57,264 nucleotides of DNA from a virus. This document shows, piece by piece, positions 37,760 through 48,322 of the stretch (position 1 is its first letter; each line of letters starts with the position of its first letter). Where the stretch lies: the UHGV virus genome UHGV-0173438; one strand, 5' to 3'. The notes beneath the pieces were generated by a model that ran no database searches, had not been told where the DNA came from, and worked only from the letters and a program-made list of their open reading frames with translations. Both the position numbers and the translations under genes were made by a program.

Positions 37760-38280
37760 AATTTTATTAAATAACTTTTTCCTACTTAAATAATATCAAA
37801 TATTATTAAGTTTTTTCAACTTAATAATAACTTACTAATGTACTTAATTACATTTAATACTTTATTAACTTACTTATTAAGTTTTTATTAAGTTTTATTA
37901 AGTTTTATGCTTTTTGATTCAAATGTTTTTAAAGTCTTTAGTAAGTTTTACTAATCTTCAATAACTTAATAGACCACTTAATAAACTACTTAATAAGGTT
38001 TTAAAACCATTTAAAGTATACACGCATAACAGTTTTTGTTTAAAAATATTAAGTTATTAAGTAATTTTATTATTTTAAAAAAAATATATAAAATATATAC
38101 TATATATATATAAAATATATAATATATAAATATAATATACAACGTGACTTAATAACTTAATAAATTAACCGCTCTAATTTACACTTTTATTAAGTTACTA
38201 TTATTAAGTTATTTTATTGAAACTTCATTTTTTAATTTCAAAAACTGTTAAAAATAATATTTAAACTTTTTTAAGTTTTT
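37760..38280. repeat. AT-rich non-coding region with many TATTAAG/CTTAATA repeats (origin or packaging-site candidate)
   Basis: more than a dozen copies in both orientations around a TA-rich core at ~38075-38140; lies between divergent gene blocks. Confidence 0.55.
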
Positions 38281-38292
38281 ACTCAAAAGATA

Positions 38293-38321
38293 TTTACAAA
38301 ATTAACTTTTTATGATATAAT
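38293..38321 (+). promoter_or_regulatory. sigmaA-type promoter of the portal-tail operon
   Basis: TTTACA-17-TATAAT with extended TG; AGGAGGAGG RBS downstream. Confidence 0.7.
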
Positions 38322-38355
38322 ATAATTATAAAATAAGAAAAAAAAAGGAGGAGGA

Positions 38356-39894
38356 TTGTTTATGAGTCTTAATACGAATTTAGTGGATTCCTTAATTTCG
38401 TCTACATTGGCAAAAATAAATGCAGGTCGAGAACAATGTCAATTTATAAAAGATCTTGAATCACATTCTAATGAAATTTTAGAAATTGGTAAAACAACCG
38501 ATGCGTTTATGAAGCATCAAACTATAAACGATAATGGCAAAACACGAGTGTTGGATGCATATGGAAACGAGCTATCGTCAATAGGAACAAACGATAAAGT
38601 TGAATATTTTTCATCCTATGGACTTTCGAATTCGACCTTAAATTGGGCATTATGGACTGCACTTTATAATGACAGTTGGGTTTTTAAAAGAGTTATTGAT
38701 AAACCAGCACAAGACATGGTTCGAAGCGGAATCACTATTAATGGTATTAATGATAAAGAAAACGAAGAAAAAATTTATAGAGAACTTAAACAAAAATCAT
38801 TTGATTTAATTCAATTAATTCAATGGGGGGCACTTTATGGTGGGTCAATTGGAGTAATGATGTTTGATAACTTACATGATGATGATTATGCATTACCTTT
38901 AAATCCAGTTAAAATTTCTAAAGCAAAAACTATGAGATTATATATAACAGATCGATGGTTTGGGGTCGGAGTCATCAACACAAACACTGTTGACAACATG
39001 AATTCAATTGATTTTGGTAAACCAAAAATGTATCAAATCACTTTTGCCGATGGTAAATCCATAAATGTACATCATGATTATATTTTAAGATACGAACATA
39101 GAATTGCCCCTAAAATTATTAAAACAGGTCAATTGCAAGGATGGGGATATGCAGAAGGTGCACATATTCTTAATGAGCTTTCTAGAAATGAACAATTAAA
39201 ATCATCAATTCAATCACTAGTAAATAAAGCATTAATTGAAATAATTAAAATGCCTGGTATGAGAGGAGTTTTCTTAGGTGCAGATGAAGAAAATCAAATT
39301 CAACTTCAAAAACGTTTAGAGCAAGTAAATTGGGGCAGAACATTTAACTCACTAACTTTTTTAGATAAAGAAGATGAATATCAACAAAATCAATTTAGCG
39401 GTTTAAGCGGTTTATCTGATTTATTAGAAAAAGAAATGTGGCAAATTGCTGCTGCAGTTGAAATGCAAGGTGTTCTTTTCGGAGATTTAAAACAGGGCTT
39501 TTCAAATGATGTTGATGCGTTACAAAGATATGACGAAACTATTCAAAATAGAAATGAATCATATTTTAGACCCGTTTTAGAAAAACTTTTAACAACTCTT
39601 TATAAAATGTATCAAATTAATGCATACGTTGACTTTAACTTTAATTCGTTACTTGTAAAAAAACAAGATGAAGATAAAATGAACGGACTTAATAAATTTA
39701 TTGATACACTATCAAAACTACTTGGAGACGGGGTTATTAATATTGCTAAATATGCAACAATTCTTAATAATTACTCTCAAAACGGAAAAATTAATTTTGA
39801 ATTTTCAGAACACGAAATCGAAGAATTAAAAGATAAAGAAAAAAACGAAATGGAAAATATTGACTTAAATAACCTAAATGAAACAACAATATAA
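38356..39894 (+). CDS. portal protein (DUF1073-like)
   Basis: LY..SW..RVIDKPAQDM.R.G, W..LYGG, FGKP..Y, FSGLS, IAAA....LFG. Confidence 0.88.
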   Translation: MFMSLNTNLVDSLISSTLAKINAGREQCQFIKDLESHSNEILEIGKTTDAFMKHQTINDNGKTRVLDAYGNELSSIGTNDKVEYFSSYGLSNSTLNWALWTALYNDSWVFKRVIDKPAQDMVRSGITINGINDKENEEKIYRELKQKSFDLIQLIQWGALYGGSIGVMMFDNLHDDDYALPLNPVKISKAKTMRLYITDRWFGVGVINTNTVDNMNSIDFGKPKMYQITFADGKSINVHHDYILRYEHRIAPKIIKTGQLQGWGYAEGAHILNELSRNEQLKSSIQSLVNKALIEIIKMPGMRGVFLGADEENQIQLQKRLEQVNWGRTFNSLTFLDKEDEYQQNQFSGLSGLSDLLEKEMWQIAAAVEMQGVLFGDLKQGFSNDVDALQRYDETIQNRNESYFRPVLEKLLTTLYKMYQINAYVDFNFNSLLVKKQDEDKMNGLNKFIDTLSKLLGDGVINIAKYATILNNYSQNGKINFEFSEHEIEELKDKEKNEMENIDLNNLNETTI

Positions 39895-40120
39895 AGGAAA
39901 ATATTTTATAGCATTTTACGATAAAAATGACGAACGATTACTTTATATCTTTGATAATGTTAGGGAAATTCTAAAATTTCAAAAAAAACCAATTACAAGA
40001 ACAAACATAAATCTTACAAACGTAAATATTGTTAGGGCACTCAAAAGAAATTCACATAGCACCTCATTTCTTACGGGTGAATTAATGTATATCTATATTT
40101 TTGATATAAACGAAGATTAA
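39878..40120 (+). CDS. hypothetical protein
   Basis: coupled ORF. Confidence 0.6.
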   Translation: MKQQYKGKYFIAFYDKNDERLLYIFDNVREILKFQKKPITRTNINLTNVNIVRALKRNSHSTSFLTGELMYIYIFDINED

Positions 40121-40133
40121 AGGAGGAAAATAA

Positions 40134-40490
40134 ATGAAATTCGTACAAATTCATTCAAAAACAACTATTACTGTAACACCTGGATTACAATACACAAACA
40201 ACACTAAAACAGATTCTGATATTGCAGATAGACTTAAGGTTGCTCCGCAATGGGTTGAATCATGTGTTAAAATTGAAGAAGGCCAACATGAATATCCTGC
40301 AATTGTTGCTAATTATCCAAGCGTAATTGCACTTGAAAAAGACGGTATCTTAACTATTGGTAAAATATTTGAAAAAGAAAATGAAACAACAGATTTAATC
40401 GATAAAATTGAAAAAATGAATAATGCTTCATCAAAAGATTCTACCAAAATAAACATCGAGCGAATCAATTTAAAAAAATTAGTGGAGTAA
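40134..40490 (+). CDS. hypothetical (possibly virion) protein
   Basis: AGGAGG RBS. Confidence 0.7.
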   Translation: MKFVQIHSKTTITVTPGLQYTNNTKTDSDIADRLKVAPQWVESCVKIEEGQHEYPAIVANYPSVIALEKDGILTIGKIFEKENETTDLIDKIEKMNNASSKDSTKINIERINLKKLVE

Positions 40491-40494
40491 AATA

Positions 40495-41544
40495 ATGGCT
40501 ACAAACTTTAAGATATTTGATGAGAATAAAACAAATATTTTTGATGACGCAGCATATAACACAAATTTGTCAAGATTAAACGGAAATAGCAGTGGACAAA
40601 TTATTTCATCACAATTAATTAATACTGCTTTACATTGCTCATCACTTATTACTACTGCTTTAATGAATGCATTAGTAACAACTGCATTAGGTATTAACTC
40701 AACTGAAAACGAAGTAATTAATGCAATAAAATCTGGTTTAACCTCTTATATTTATAACACAACTGTTAAAGATGCAACCAATGCTGTTAATGCTCAAGAT
40801 GCAAAAAGTGCAGATTATGCTAAAGTTGCAGGAGCATTGGACGAAGGATATGGTACAAAAGCAATTCCTATATATGTTCAACCATCAGGTATTATTGCCC
40901 CATGTACAGAAATCGATTTACCTATTAAAAGAAAAGTTAATGAATCTGCCTATGCTGATAATGCAAAAAATCTTTTAGGCGGTTCAGCTGGTGCATTACT
41001 ATATCAAAGTGTTGCTAATAGCACATCTTTTATCAATCCACCAACTACAAATGATGCTCATTTATTATATGGCACAGTACAAGCTAACTCGTTTAGTTGG
41101 AAAAAAATAAGTGAATTATTTCCATCACAAAAAGCAAATACAGGAGAAGTTGATGATATACCAGAATTAAATCGTTCGGGAAATATTATTACGTTTAATA
41201 CATCGACCATTAATGAAACAGATATATGTCAATTAAAATTACAAATTGGTATTACATCTGCAGATTCAAGATTTTTTATTCCTAATTATTCATCAAGCGC
41301 AAGAGGATATTATCGACAATCTATACCAATGCAAATAGTGCAATATGCAGACGACGCTCATTGGACTCAATATAACATAACATGTAATCTTTATTTTGAT
41401 TCTGATACAAAAACTGCAAAATTAAGCATTCCCTTTATTTTAGAAACAAGTATGCAATCAAACGCAGTTATAACAAAATTCATAAGTGCAACTTCAACTA
41501 CTTTTAATAAGTTTACATTTACTTTACATAAAGTATATCAATAA
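40495..41544 (+). CDS. tail fiber protein
   Basis: MATNFK.F....N....Y..G..SG..SS..IN.AL baseplate-anchoring N-terminus of myovirus fibers; A..A repeats. Confidence 0.65.
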   Translation: MATNFKIFDENKTNIFDDAAYNTNLSRLNGNSSGQIISSQLINTALHCSSLITTALMNALVTTALGINSTENEVINAIKSGLTSYIYNTTVKDATNAVNAQDAKSADYAKVAGALDEGYGTKAIPIYVQPSGIIAPCTEIDLPIKRKVNESAYADNAKNLLGGSAGALLYQSVANSTSFINPPTTNDAHLLYGTVQANSFSWKKISELFPSQKANTGEVDDIPELNRSGNIITFNTSTINETDICQLKLQIGITSADSRFFIPNYSSSARGYYRQSIPMQIVQYADDAHWTQYNITCNLYFDSDTKTAKLSIPFILETSMQSNAVITKFISATSTTFNKFTFTLHKVYQ

Positions 41545-41556
41545 GGAGAATAAATA

Positions 41557-41883
41557 ATGAAACAAATAGAATTTACAATTGAAAGTTTACCTGAATATAC
41601 ATTTAGAACAACAAAAATGTCATCTATAGATTTATTAAGCTTACAATCTATTATGGATTTTGACAAAATGGAAAATGTTAAAACCATTTATACTTTTATA
41701 TTAGAACATTTAGAAACACTTATTGAAGGCAAATGGGTTAAAACATATGATAGTAAATATGATTTATATATGCCAAGAAACTTAGAAGACAATGGAATCG
41801 CATTACAAGAATTATTTATGTGGTTTATTGTCAATATCTTACAACCACTTTTTCGGAAATCCGACGAATTGAATCAAGAATAA
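41557..41883 (+). CDS. tail assembly chaperone
   Basis: about 110 aa; upstream of the tape measure gene with an overlapping -1 ORF. Confidence 0.65.
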   Translation: MKQIEFTIESLPEYTFRTTKMSSIDLLSLQSIMDFDKMENVKTIYTFILEHLETLIEGKWVKTYDSKYDLYMPRNLEDNGIALQELFMWFIVNILQPLFRKSDELNQE

Positions 41884-42101
41884 GCACCAATATCGACGGA
41901 ACAGAATCTTCTACACTTATAAACACAAAAAGAGTATCTAGTATGACATATGTGCTTGTCTCAAATAAATATGCAACTCTTAAAGAGTTAAGAGATGATT
42001 ATGATGTCTGGGAAGCTCTTGATTTATACGAAATATGTATGGTCAATTTATACAACAAATCACAAATTTTACAATCTGCTAAAAAAGGAGGTGCTAAATA
42101 G
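41820..42101 (+). CDS. tail assembly chaperone C-terminal (-1 frameshift) extension
   Basis: ATLKEL...Y...D.YE motif; overlaps the previous ORF in the -1 frame. Confidence 0.6.
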   Translation: MVYCQYLTTTFSEIRRIESRISTNIDGTESSTLINTKRVSSMTYVLVSNKYATLKELRDDYDVWEALDLYEICMVNLYNKSQILQSAKKGGAK

Positions 42102-43484
42102 ATGGACAATAGAGATTCATTTGTTAAAAGAATAAATTTAAAACCAATTGTTGATACAAAAGGATTCGTTCAAGTACAAAAAATATCAAATGAAATTGCA
42201 AAATCATTTAAAGAAGTTAAACAATCGATGGCTCCCTCCAACGAAGTATTAAACTTCAAAAAAATATTAACTGATACGGCAAAAATATTTAAAAGAGAAA
42301 TTCGTGAAACTTTTTTGCCAATTGAATTACATGATTTTTTTACAAAAATCGATGATATGAAAGAGGCAATGCAACAGCTTAGAGATGTTGAAACACAACT
42401 ATCTAACATTAAATCCTATAAGCCTACATCTCCTATTTTTGGAATGTATGAAAATTTGGTTAAACAAGAAGAGAATTTGCAAAATCAAATATATGAAAAA
42501 TTAGTGCAAAATCAAAACGTTGATGATTTACGTTCACAACGGGCAAACATACAAGAAAGAATTACTGGATTTGAAGGTTTATTCGAAAACAATCCTGAAT
42601 TTGAAGATATTAAAGAATATCTTTCTACAATTGCATCATTGGAAGAAAAAAGAGATGAATTAAGAGAAAAAACAGGACAAACAAAAGAAGGAGGAAAATT
42701 AACCTCTATCATTTCGAGCAAATTTAATGACATTAAACAACTTGCAAAATCCGGCTCTGTAAAAGAATTAATTATGAATGCAATATTAGTTGGTATTCGT
42801 AAAATAATAAAAATCATTGAAACTATTGCAAAAACAATTATTAAATTATTTAAAGAAGCATTAAGACATTTGTCTGATATGGCAAAATTTTCTACAAATT
42901 CATATATTATGTCTTCTTCAATAAGAGAGCAAATGCTACAATATGGATTTACTCCTGCACAAAATTATGCATTCACTCAAGCATCAGACATTTTAGGAAT
43001 TACATCAGAAGAAGATTTATATTGGGGATTACAAACTTCGAAAAATTTTAGAAATAAATTCACTTTTTATATGGAAAAATTTTCAAGACAATTTGAACAA
43101 CAATCTGAATTAGCACTTTCATATCAAGAATTTCAAATCGAATTTAAGGAATTAAAATTAGAATTAAGAAGAGACGTGATTCAATTTCTGGTTAATAATA
43201 AAGCACTCATTGTAAGCTTCTTAAATGTATCTATGTGGTTTATGAAAGGAGTAATGCAATTATTAACATCTATTGTAGATTTTTTTGGTGGAGGATATAA
43301 AACTGAATCGGAAAGAATTTCTGCTGCATCAGATATCATTGGTCAATATAGTATATCAAATACATCAAACTCAAATGTAAAAGTTGATAACACATATAAC
43401 ATTAATGGTGGTCAACCAACAGATATTACCAACACAATTAAAAGAAGTTTTAGTACAGTTATTATGGCATTGAAAGGGGAATAA
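42102..43484 (+). CDS. tape measure protein (short)
   Basis: helical/coiled-coil; follows the chaperones; C-terminal V.NTYNING. Confidence 0.65.
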   Translation: MDNRDSFVKRINLKPIVDTKGFVQVQKISNEIAKSFKEVKQSMAPSNEVLNFKKILTDTAKIFKREIRETFLPIELHDFFTKIDDMKEAMQQLRDVETQLSNIKSYKPTSPIFGMYENLVKQEENLQNQIYEKLVQNQNVDDLRSQRANIQERITGFEGLFENNPEFEDIKEYLSTIASLEEKRDELREKTGQTKEGGKLTSIISSKFNDIKQLAKSGSVKELIMNAILVGIRKIIKIIETIAKTIIKLFKEALRHLSDMAKFSTNSYIMSSSIREQMLQYGFTPAQNYAFTQASDILGITSEEDLYWGLQTSKNFRNKFTFYMEKFSRQFEQQSELALSYQEFQIEFKELKLELRRDVIQFLVNNKALIVSFLNVSMWFMKGVMQLLTSIVDFFGGGYKTESERISAASDIIGQYSISNTSNSNVKVDNTYNINGGQPTDITNTIKRSFSTVIMALKGE

Positions 43485-43487
43485 AAT

Positions 43488-44879
43488 ATGAGTGAATTAA
43501 ATAACGATTCTGCATATATTTTAGTAGTAAGTTGTAATCTTGATAATGAACAGCAAGAATTCATGTTCGACTATGTTTCGGATACTGATACTAGATTAAT
43601 ATCTGATATTACTACTCACCCCATGGTAAACGGAGATATTGTTGCCGACCACATGTTTAAAAATCCATTATCATTTAATGTTTCAGGCATATTTAGCCTA
43701 TACGGAAATAAACGAACGACATTCGGTCATAATCGACTTGAATCAATTCAAACAACATTTGAGAGAATCAAAAATGAAGCTATATTGTGCAATATAAGTA
43801 TTCAAACTGCAAACGGTCAAGAAGGAACGAGATTTAAGTCTCGAAAAAACATGGTATTATCTGCAATTACTTGGAGAGAAAAACAAGCATCTATTGATTT
43901 CTCATTTACATTTAATGAAATTTTATTTGTCGAATTAACTCCTCAAGAATATGCAAAAAATATAAATGATGAATATTTACCGAGTCTTAGTTCTCCTACT
44001 GAATTAAACTTTACAGATGTATTAATTGATTTTAATGATGTTGATGCATATCTTATAGATGAATTAACTAAAGCAGGATTAATAGGTGAAGGATTTTTAG
44101 ATAAAGCAATTAATATGGCAGCAAATTTTGGAAAAGACATCGGTATATTAACAGACGAAGGATATAACGTAATAAAAAGATTATCATCAATAACTAGTAC
44201 AGCAATAAGAAGTACTAAAAGTTATATTAAACCAGGATTAATTGCTTTATTTGGAATTAAATTATCATTATTATCTCCAGTTTTTCATGTTTTAACTTTA
44301 TATGCATACGGTAAAGCAAAAAAACAATATTCACAAAATCAACTTATAACAGAGCAATTCAAACTATATAATGACGACAAAAAAAATAGAGCAGAAGTTA
44401 CAAGATTTGCAAATTTTGTGGGAACAATTCATAAGGCATTAGCAACATTTAATAATTATATCAAAATTTATGCATTTTCATCAGACCAAGAACAGGAATG
44501 TTCTATGTATATTGACAATAATTTTTATACTTTTACAATAAAATTAAATACATTAAATAATACTCATATTATGAATGCAAGTGTTTTAACAGAATATGGT
44601 GAAGAAACAATAGTTACAAACGCAGTATTAGAAGAATGCGCTAAAACTTCTTTTATATCCTGCAACGAAACTAACTATTTATTTAGAACGAATGAAACAT
44701 CTAAATTTGTATATGTAGTTAATTTACAAGCATCTGAATTACAGGAAAACATTTCAGAAGAAGAATATAAAGAAATTGTAAACAAAGTATTTAATTATGC
44801 AATATTAGTATCAGACATCAATCCTAAAGATTATAATGAAGTATTAACAAAAGTATTAAGTAATGCGTTAACAATATAG
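43488..44879 (+). CDS. tail tube initiator/Dit-like baseplate protein with extension
   Basis: ITTHPM.NG..VADH...P motif. Confidence 0.65.
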   Translation: MSELNNDSAYILVVSCNLDNEQQEFMFDYVSDTDTRLISDITTHPMVNGDIVADHMFKNPLSFNVSGIFSLYGNKRTTFGHNRLESIQTTFERIKNEAILCNISIQTANGQEGTRFKSRKNMVLSAITWREKQASIDFSFTFNEILFVELTPQEYAKNINDEYLPSLSSPTELNFTDVLIDFNDVDAYLIDELTKAGLIGEGFLDKAINMAANFGKDIGILTDEGYNVIKRLSSITSTAIRSTKSYIKPGLIALFGIKLSLLSPVFHVLTLYAYGKAKKQYSQNQLITEQFKLYNDDKKNRAEVTRFANFVGTIHKALATFNNYIKIYAFSSDQEQECSMYIDNNFYTFTIKLNTLNNTHIMNASVLTEYGEETIVTNAVLEECAKTSFISCNETNYLFRTNETSKFVYVVNLQASELQENISEEEYKEIVNKVFNYAILVSDINPKDYNEVLTKVLSNALTI

Positions 44880-44887
44880 GTGATAAT

Positions 44888-45865
44888 ATGAAAGCATGGC
44901 TTAGACAAATAGAAATCATATTTACTTCAAATAAATTTTATCGGAAAATGATTATTGCAGATTATGCAGATGGTAAAAATGCACCAAATATTAACATTAC
45001 AGGAACAAAAGAAGTTAGTGTATTAAAAGATGAATTTGTGATTGAAATATCAAATTTAACACATATTCAAATTTTACAATTGATTAATGGACAATTTTAT
45101 GATGTAGAAATCAAAATCGGATATAAAGAATTAGGTGGTTTATTCACAATTTTTAAGGGTGGAGTTACATACATTAGTAATAATTTAGGGGACGGTAAAA
45201 CAAATACAATAATTATTTTATGTAATTCTAAATTTATTGCTCAATATGGTAGAGCAAGACTTAATTATTGTTTAACTTCTGGAATCAATATGTATACAGC
45301 AATACAAACTCTTTTGAGAAAAGCAAATATTAAAGAAATGTATATTGACCCATCATTTAAACAACAAATTTTAACTGAAACAATAAATGTTAATTCGACT
45401 GCAGCAAGTTGGTTAGATACCTTTACTCAAGAAAATCAATTTGCAGCAAATGTAGATTATTCTACTAATAATATTATATCCATCTGGAATATTTATGGTG
45501 AAAACAATCGAATAATTAGATTAACAAAAGATAAACTATTATTAACCGGTGGTTATCCTCAATTAACTTCACAAGGTTTGGAATTAAATGCACTTCCTAC
45601 ATTTAATGCTAGTCCAGGTAATATTATTGAAATTGATAATGCATTAATCAATATTCCTATAAGTAGTTTGGATGATTTATCAAAAAATTTAGGTATTTAT
45701 CTTGATACTTCAGTTGATGTTAAAGAAGCAGTTAAAGGAAATACGTATGGCCAATATATGATTTATCAAATGCAATATAAACTACAAAATAGAGGTTCTG
45801 ATTTTAACATTAAAATTATTGCAAAATCAAGAAATTTGATAAAAAAATTAAAAGGAGAAACATAA
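44888..45865 (+). CDS. baseplate hub protein
   Basis: W.R...I, I.ISNL, I.IGY...TIF.G, GYP; position. Confidence 0.7.
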   Translation: MKAWLRQIEIIFTSNKFYRKMIIADYADGKNAPNINITGTKEVSVLKDEFVIEISNLTHIQILQLINGQFYDVEIKIGYKELGGLFTIFKGGVTYISNNLGDGKTNTIIILCNSKFIAQYGRARLNYCLTSGINMYTAIQTLLRKANIKEMYIDPSFKQQILTETINVNSTAASWLDTFTQENQFAANVDYSTNNIISIWNIYGENNRIIRLTKDKLLLTGGYPQLTSQGLELNALPTFNASPGNIIEIDNALINIPISSLDDLSKNLGIYLDTSVDVKEAVKGNTYGQYMIYQMQYKLQNRGSDFNIKIIAKSRNLIKKLKGET

Positions 45866-45866
45866 A

Positions 45867-46238
45867 ATGGCTAATGATATTAGACAACAAGGTTATTCTT
45901 TTTATGAAGATGATTTATTAAGTGTTTGCACAACGCTTAAAGGAAATATTTTTAGAAATTTAAAAGTTGCAACATTAGCAAAAGTCATAAAAAGTGAAAA
46001 TGATATTATAAAGTGTAAACCATTTCCATTAGTGGAAAAAGAAACAAGTAAAATTATCAATTGCTATAAACTTAAAAATCTCACCTTAAAAGAAGATGAT
46101 ATTGCATTAGTTTTATTCTTAGATAGAAATTTTTTACAAAATCTTAAACAAATAAAAAATAATCAAAAATTAACAACTTTACAACAAACCGTTGACCTAC
46201 ATTCTGATAAATTCGGAATCATTATAGGTATTATTTAA
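45867..46238 (+). CDS. Gp138-like baseplate spike, N-terminal OB domain only
   Basis: VATLAKV, C.P, GD-like ..LVLFLDRN, LHS; only 123 aa. Confidence 0.55.
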   Translation: MANDIRQQGYSFYEDDLLSVCTTLKGNIFRNLKVATLAKVIKSENDIIKCKPFPLVEKETSKIINCYKLKNLTLKEDDIALVLFLDRNFLQNLKQIKNNQKLTTLQQTVDLHSDKFGIIIGII

Positions 46239-46252
46239 GGAGGTGAAAATAA

Positions 46253-47614
46253 TTGGAGAAAAATTATTTAACAACACTTGATTTTATAAAATTTACTAAA
46301 GCAGGGATTAAAATTGCATCATATTCTGAAGTTATGCAATTGTTGACTGCTCGATACAAAGAAATTTATGGAAATGATATTGAATTGTCAAATACTGCAG
46401 ACGGTATTTTTCTTGAAACAATGTCATTATTATTTACTAATATATTAAGTACAGTACAAATACTATATAACAACTTAAATATTAATAATGCAAATGGGAT
46501 TTATCTTGACTCTTTATCTGCTTTATCTGGTGTATATAGAAAAGATGCAACAAAATCAACTGCTCAACTCGAAATTACATCAAAAGAAAATGAAGATATA
46601 ACAATTGATGAAAATAATCCTTTAATATTTAAAGACCAGGGTAATCAAACTTGGACAACAATCTTACAAGATAAAAATTCTATTATTTTACAAAAAGATG
46701 TTAAAACAACTGTGTTGGTACAATGCACAACAAATGGTCCAATAAATGCAACTAAAGGATGGATTACTGAATTAGTCAATCAAAGTTATAATTTAATTAT
46801 TAATCAAGAAGTAGATGCAGAAGTTGGTACTAATAGAGAAAATGATATTCAATTTAGGGAACGTAGAGCAGCATCAATTTCTTCAAGAAGTGTAACTGTA
46901 TTACAAGGTTTAAATGCAGCTTTATTATCTTTATTAGGTATTGACGATTGCCTTATTTACGAAAATTCAACTTCTGCAAATAAAACGTCATTTGATGGAA
47001 CAACCATTAGTCCTCATTCTATTTATGTAATTTTACGAAAAAGACAAAATATTGATATTCCTGATTCAACCATAGGTTCGATTATTTATGAAAAACTAAC
47101 ACCAGGAATACAAACAACAGAAATGAATAATACTGTTGTAACAGGTGTAGATAAACAATATAAATATCAGCAATATGTTTTAGGAAGAACAAATGCAGCA
47201 GGAATTGACCAAATAGTTTATTGGAAACAATGTACTCCAATTACAACTGGGGTTACTATTACTGCAACATTAAAGAAAGGTAATGCTTATTATAGCAATA
47301 CCCCACAACAATACATTTTACCTGCAATAATTGAATATTTAAATGGTTTACCTATTTCATACGGTTTTTCAGTTTATGACTTAATCCAGGTTATAAATAA
47401 CGCAGACATTGCTGTTGCTAATATACATACTTTTACTTGTACAAATGCACAACTTACATTAGATGATACTAATACCTCAATAATTATTAGTGGGGAAGGA
47501 ATTAATCAAACTTATGCTACAAAAGATACATACTTCAATTGGACTAATGCAAAAATAACTCAAACTGATTCTGGAGAAACAGTTACAATTACTATTAAAG
47601 TAACAAATTCATAG
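46253..47614 (+). CDS. baseplate J-like wedge protein
   Basis: IYG.DI.L..TADG, A.G..LD.L....GV.R, G..REND..FR.R, PHSI. Confidence 0.85.
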   Translation: MEKNYLTTLDFIKFTKAGIKIASYSEVMQLLTARYKEIYGNDIELSNTADGIFLETMSLLFTNILSTVQILYNNLNINNANGIYLDSLSALSGVYRKDATKSTAQLEITSKENEDITIDENNPLIFKDQGNQTWTTILQDKNSIILQKDVKTTVLVQCTTNGPINATKGWITELVNQSYNLIINQEVDAEVGTNRENDIQFRERRAASISSRSVTVLQGLNAALLSLLGIDDCLIYENSTSANKTSFDGTTISPHSIYVILRKRQNIDIPDSTIGSIIYEKLTPGIQTTEMNNTVVTGVDKQYKYQQYVLGRTNAAGIDQIVYWKQCTPITTGVTITATLKKGNAYYSNTPQQYILPAIIEYLNGLPISYGFSVYDLIQVINNADIAVANIHTFTCTNAQLTLDDTNTSIIISGEGINQTYATKDTYFNWTNAKITQTDSGETVTITIKVTNS

Positions 47615-48322
47615 GTGATAATTATGCCAACTAAATTAAATGCTCCTATTATTACTTTAACTAATTCAACAATCAATATACAAAATGTTCCCTATGCCTT
47701 AGAATTTAAAATTTATGCTAATAACATTTTGCAAACAACTATTAATGCTAATATTCCTCAACTGGACAAAATTTCTACATTTACTCAAAACAATACAATT
47801 ATGAGTTGGAATAAAGTTAAAAATGCAGATGCATATATTATTAAACAAGGTTTATCTCAAATTGCACAAATCAATGATACAGAATATGATATTCGAGAAT
47901 ATACAACGGACATATTAAATAATATTGAATTTTCGATAATTGCAATAAATACACAACAATATTATCATGATTCAAATCCTGCAATAATTTTATATACATC
48001 CCCAAACCTTAATACAATAAATGATGCAAAGATAATTAATAATATATTAACTTGGTCTGCAATTCCTAATGCAGTCAAATATAATATTTACGATAATAAT
48101 ATTATAATTGCAACAACTGAAGAAACAAATTTTGATTTATCAATTATCGATGCAAAAACACATATACTAAATATATCTAGTATTGCACCTGGATTTGTTG
48201 AATCAAAATTATCAAATACATTGTTGTATATAGGACCATATTTATATGATGTTATAAATACAACAATTAAATTATATAAAGCACCTTATCAAACAGAAGA
48301 AGGAGGTATAAAAATTTTATGA
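47615..48322 (+). CDS. Fn3/Ig-like repeat virion protein
   Basis: repeated L.W..V.NA..Y.I and ES..SN units. Confidence 0.6.
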   Translation: MIIMPTKLNAPIITLTNSTINIQNVPYALEFKIYANNILQTTINANIPQLDKISTFTQNNTIMSWNKVKNADAYIIKQGLSQIAQINDTEYDIREYTTDILNNIEFSIIAINTQQYYHDSNPAIILYTSPNLNTINDAKIINNILTWSAIPNAVKYNIYDNNIIIATTEETNFDLSIIDAKTHILNISSIAPGFVESKLSNTLLYIGPYLYDVINTTIKLYKAPYQTEEGGIKIL

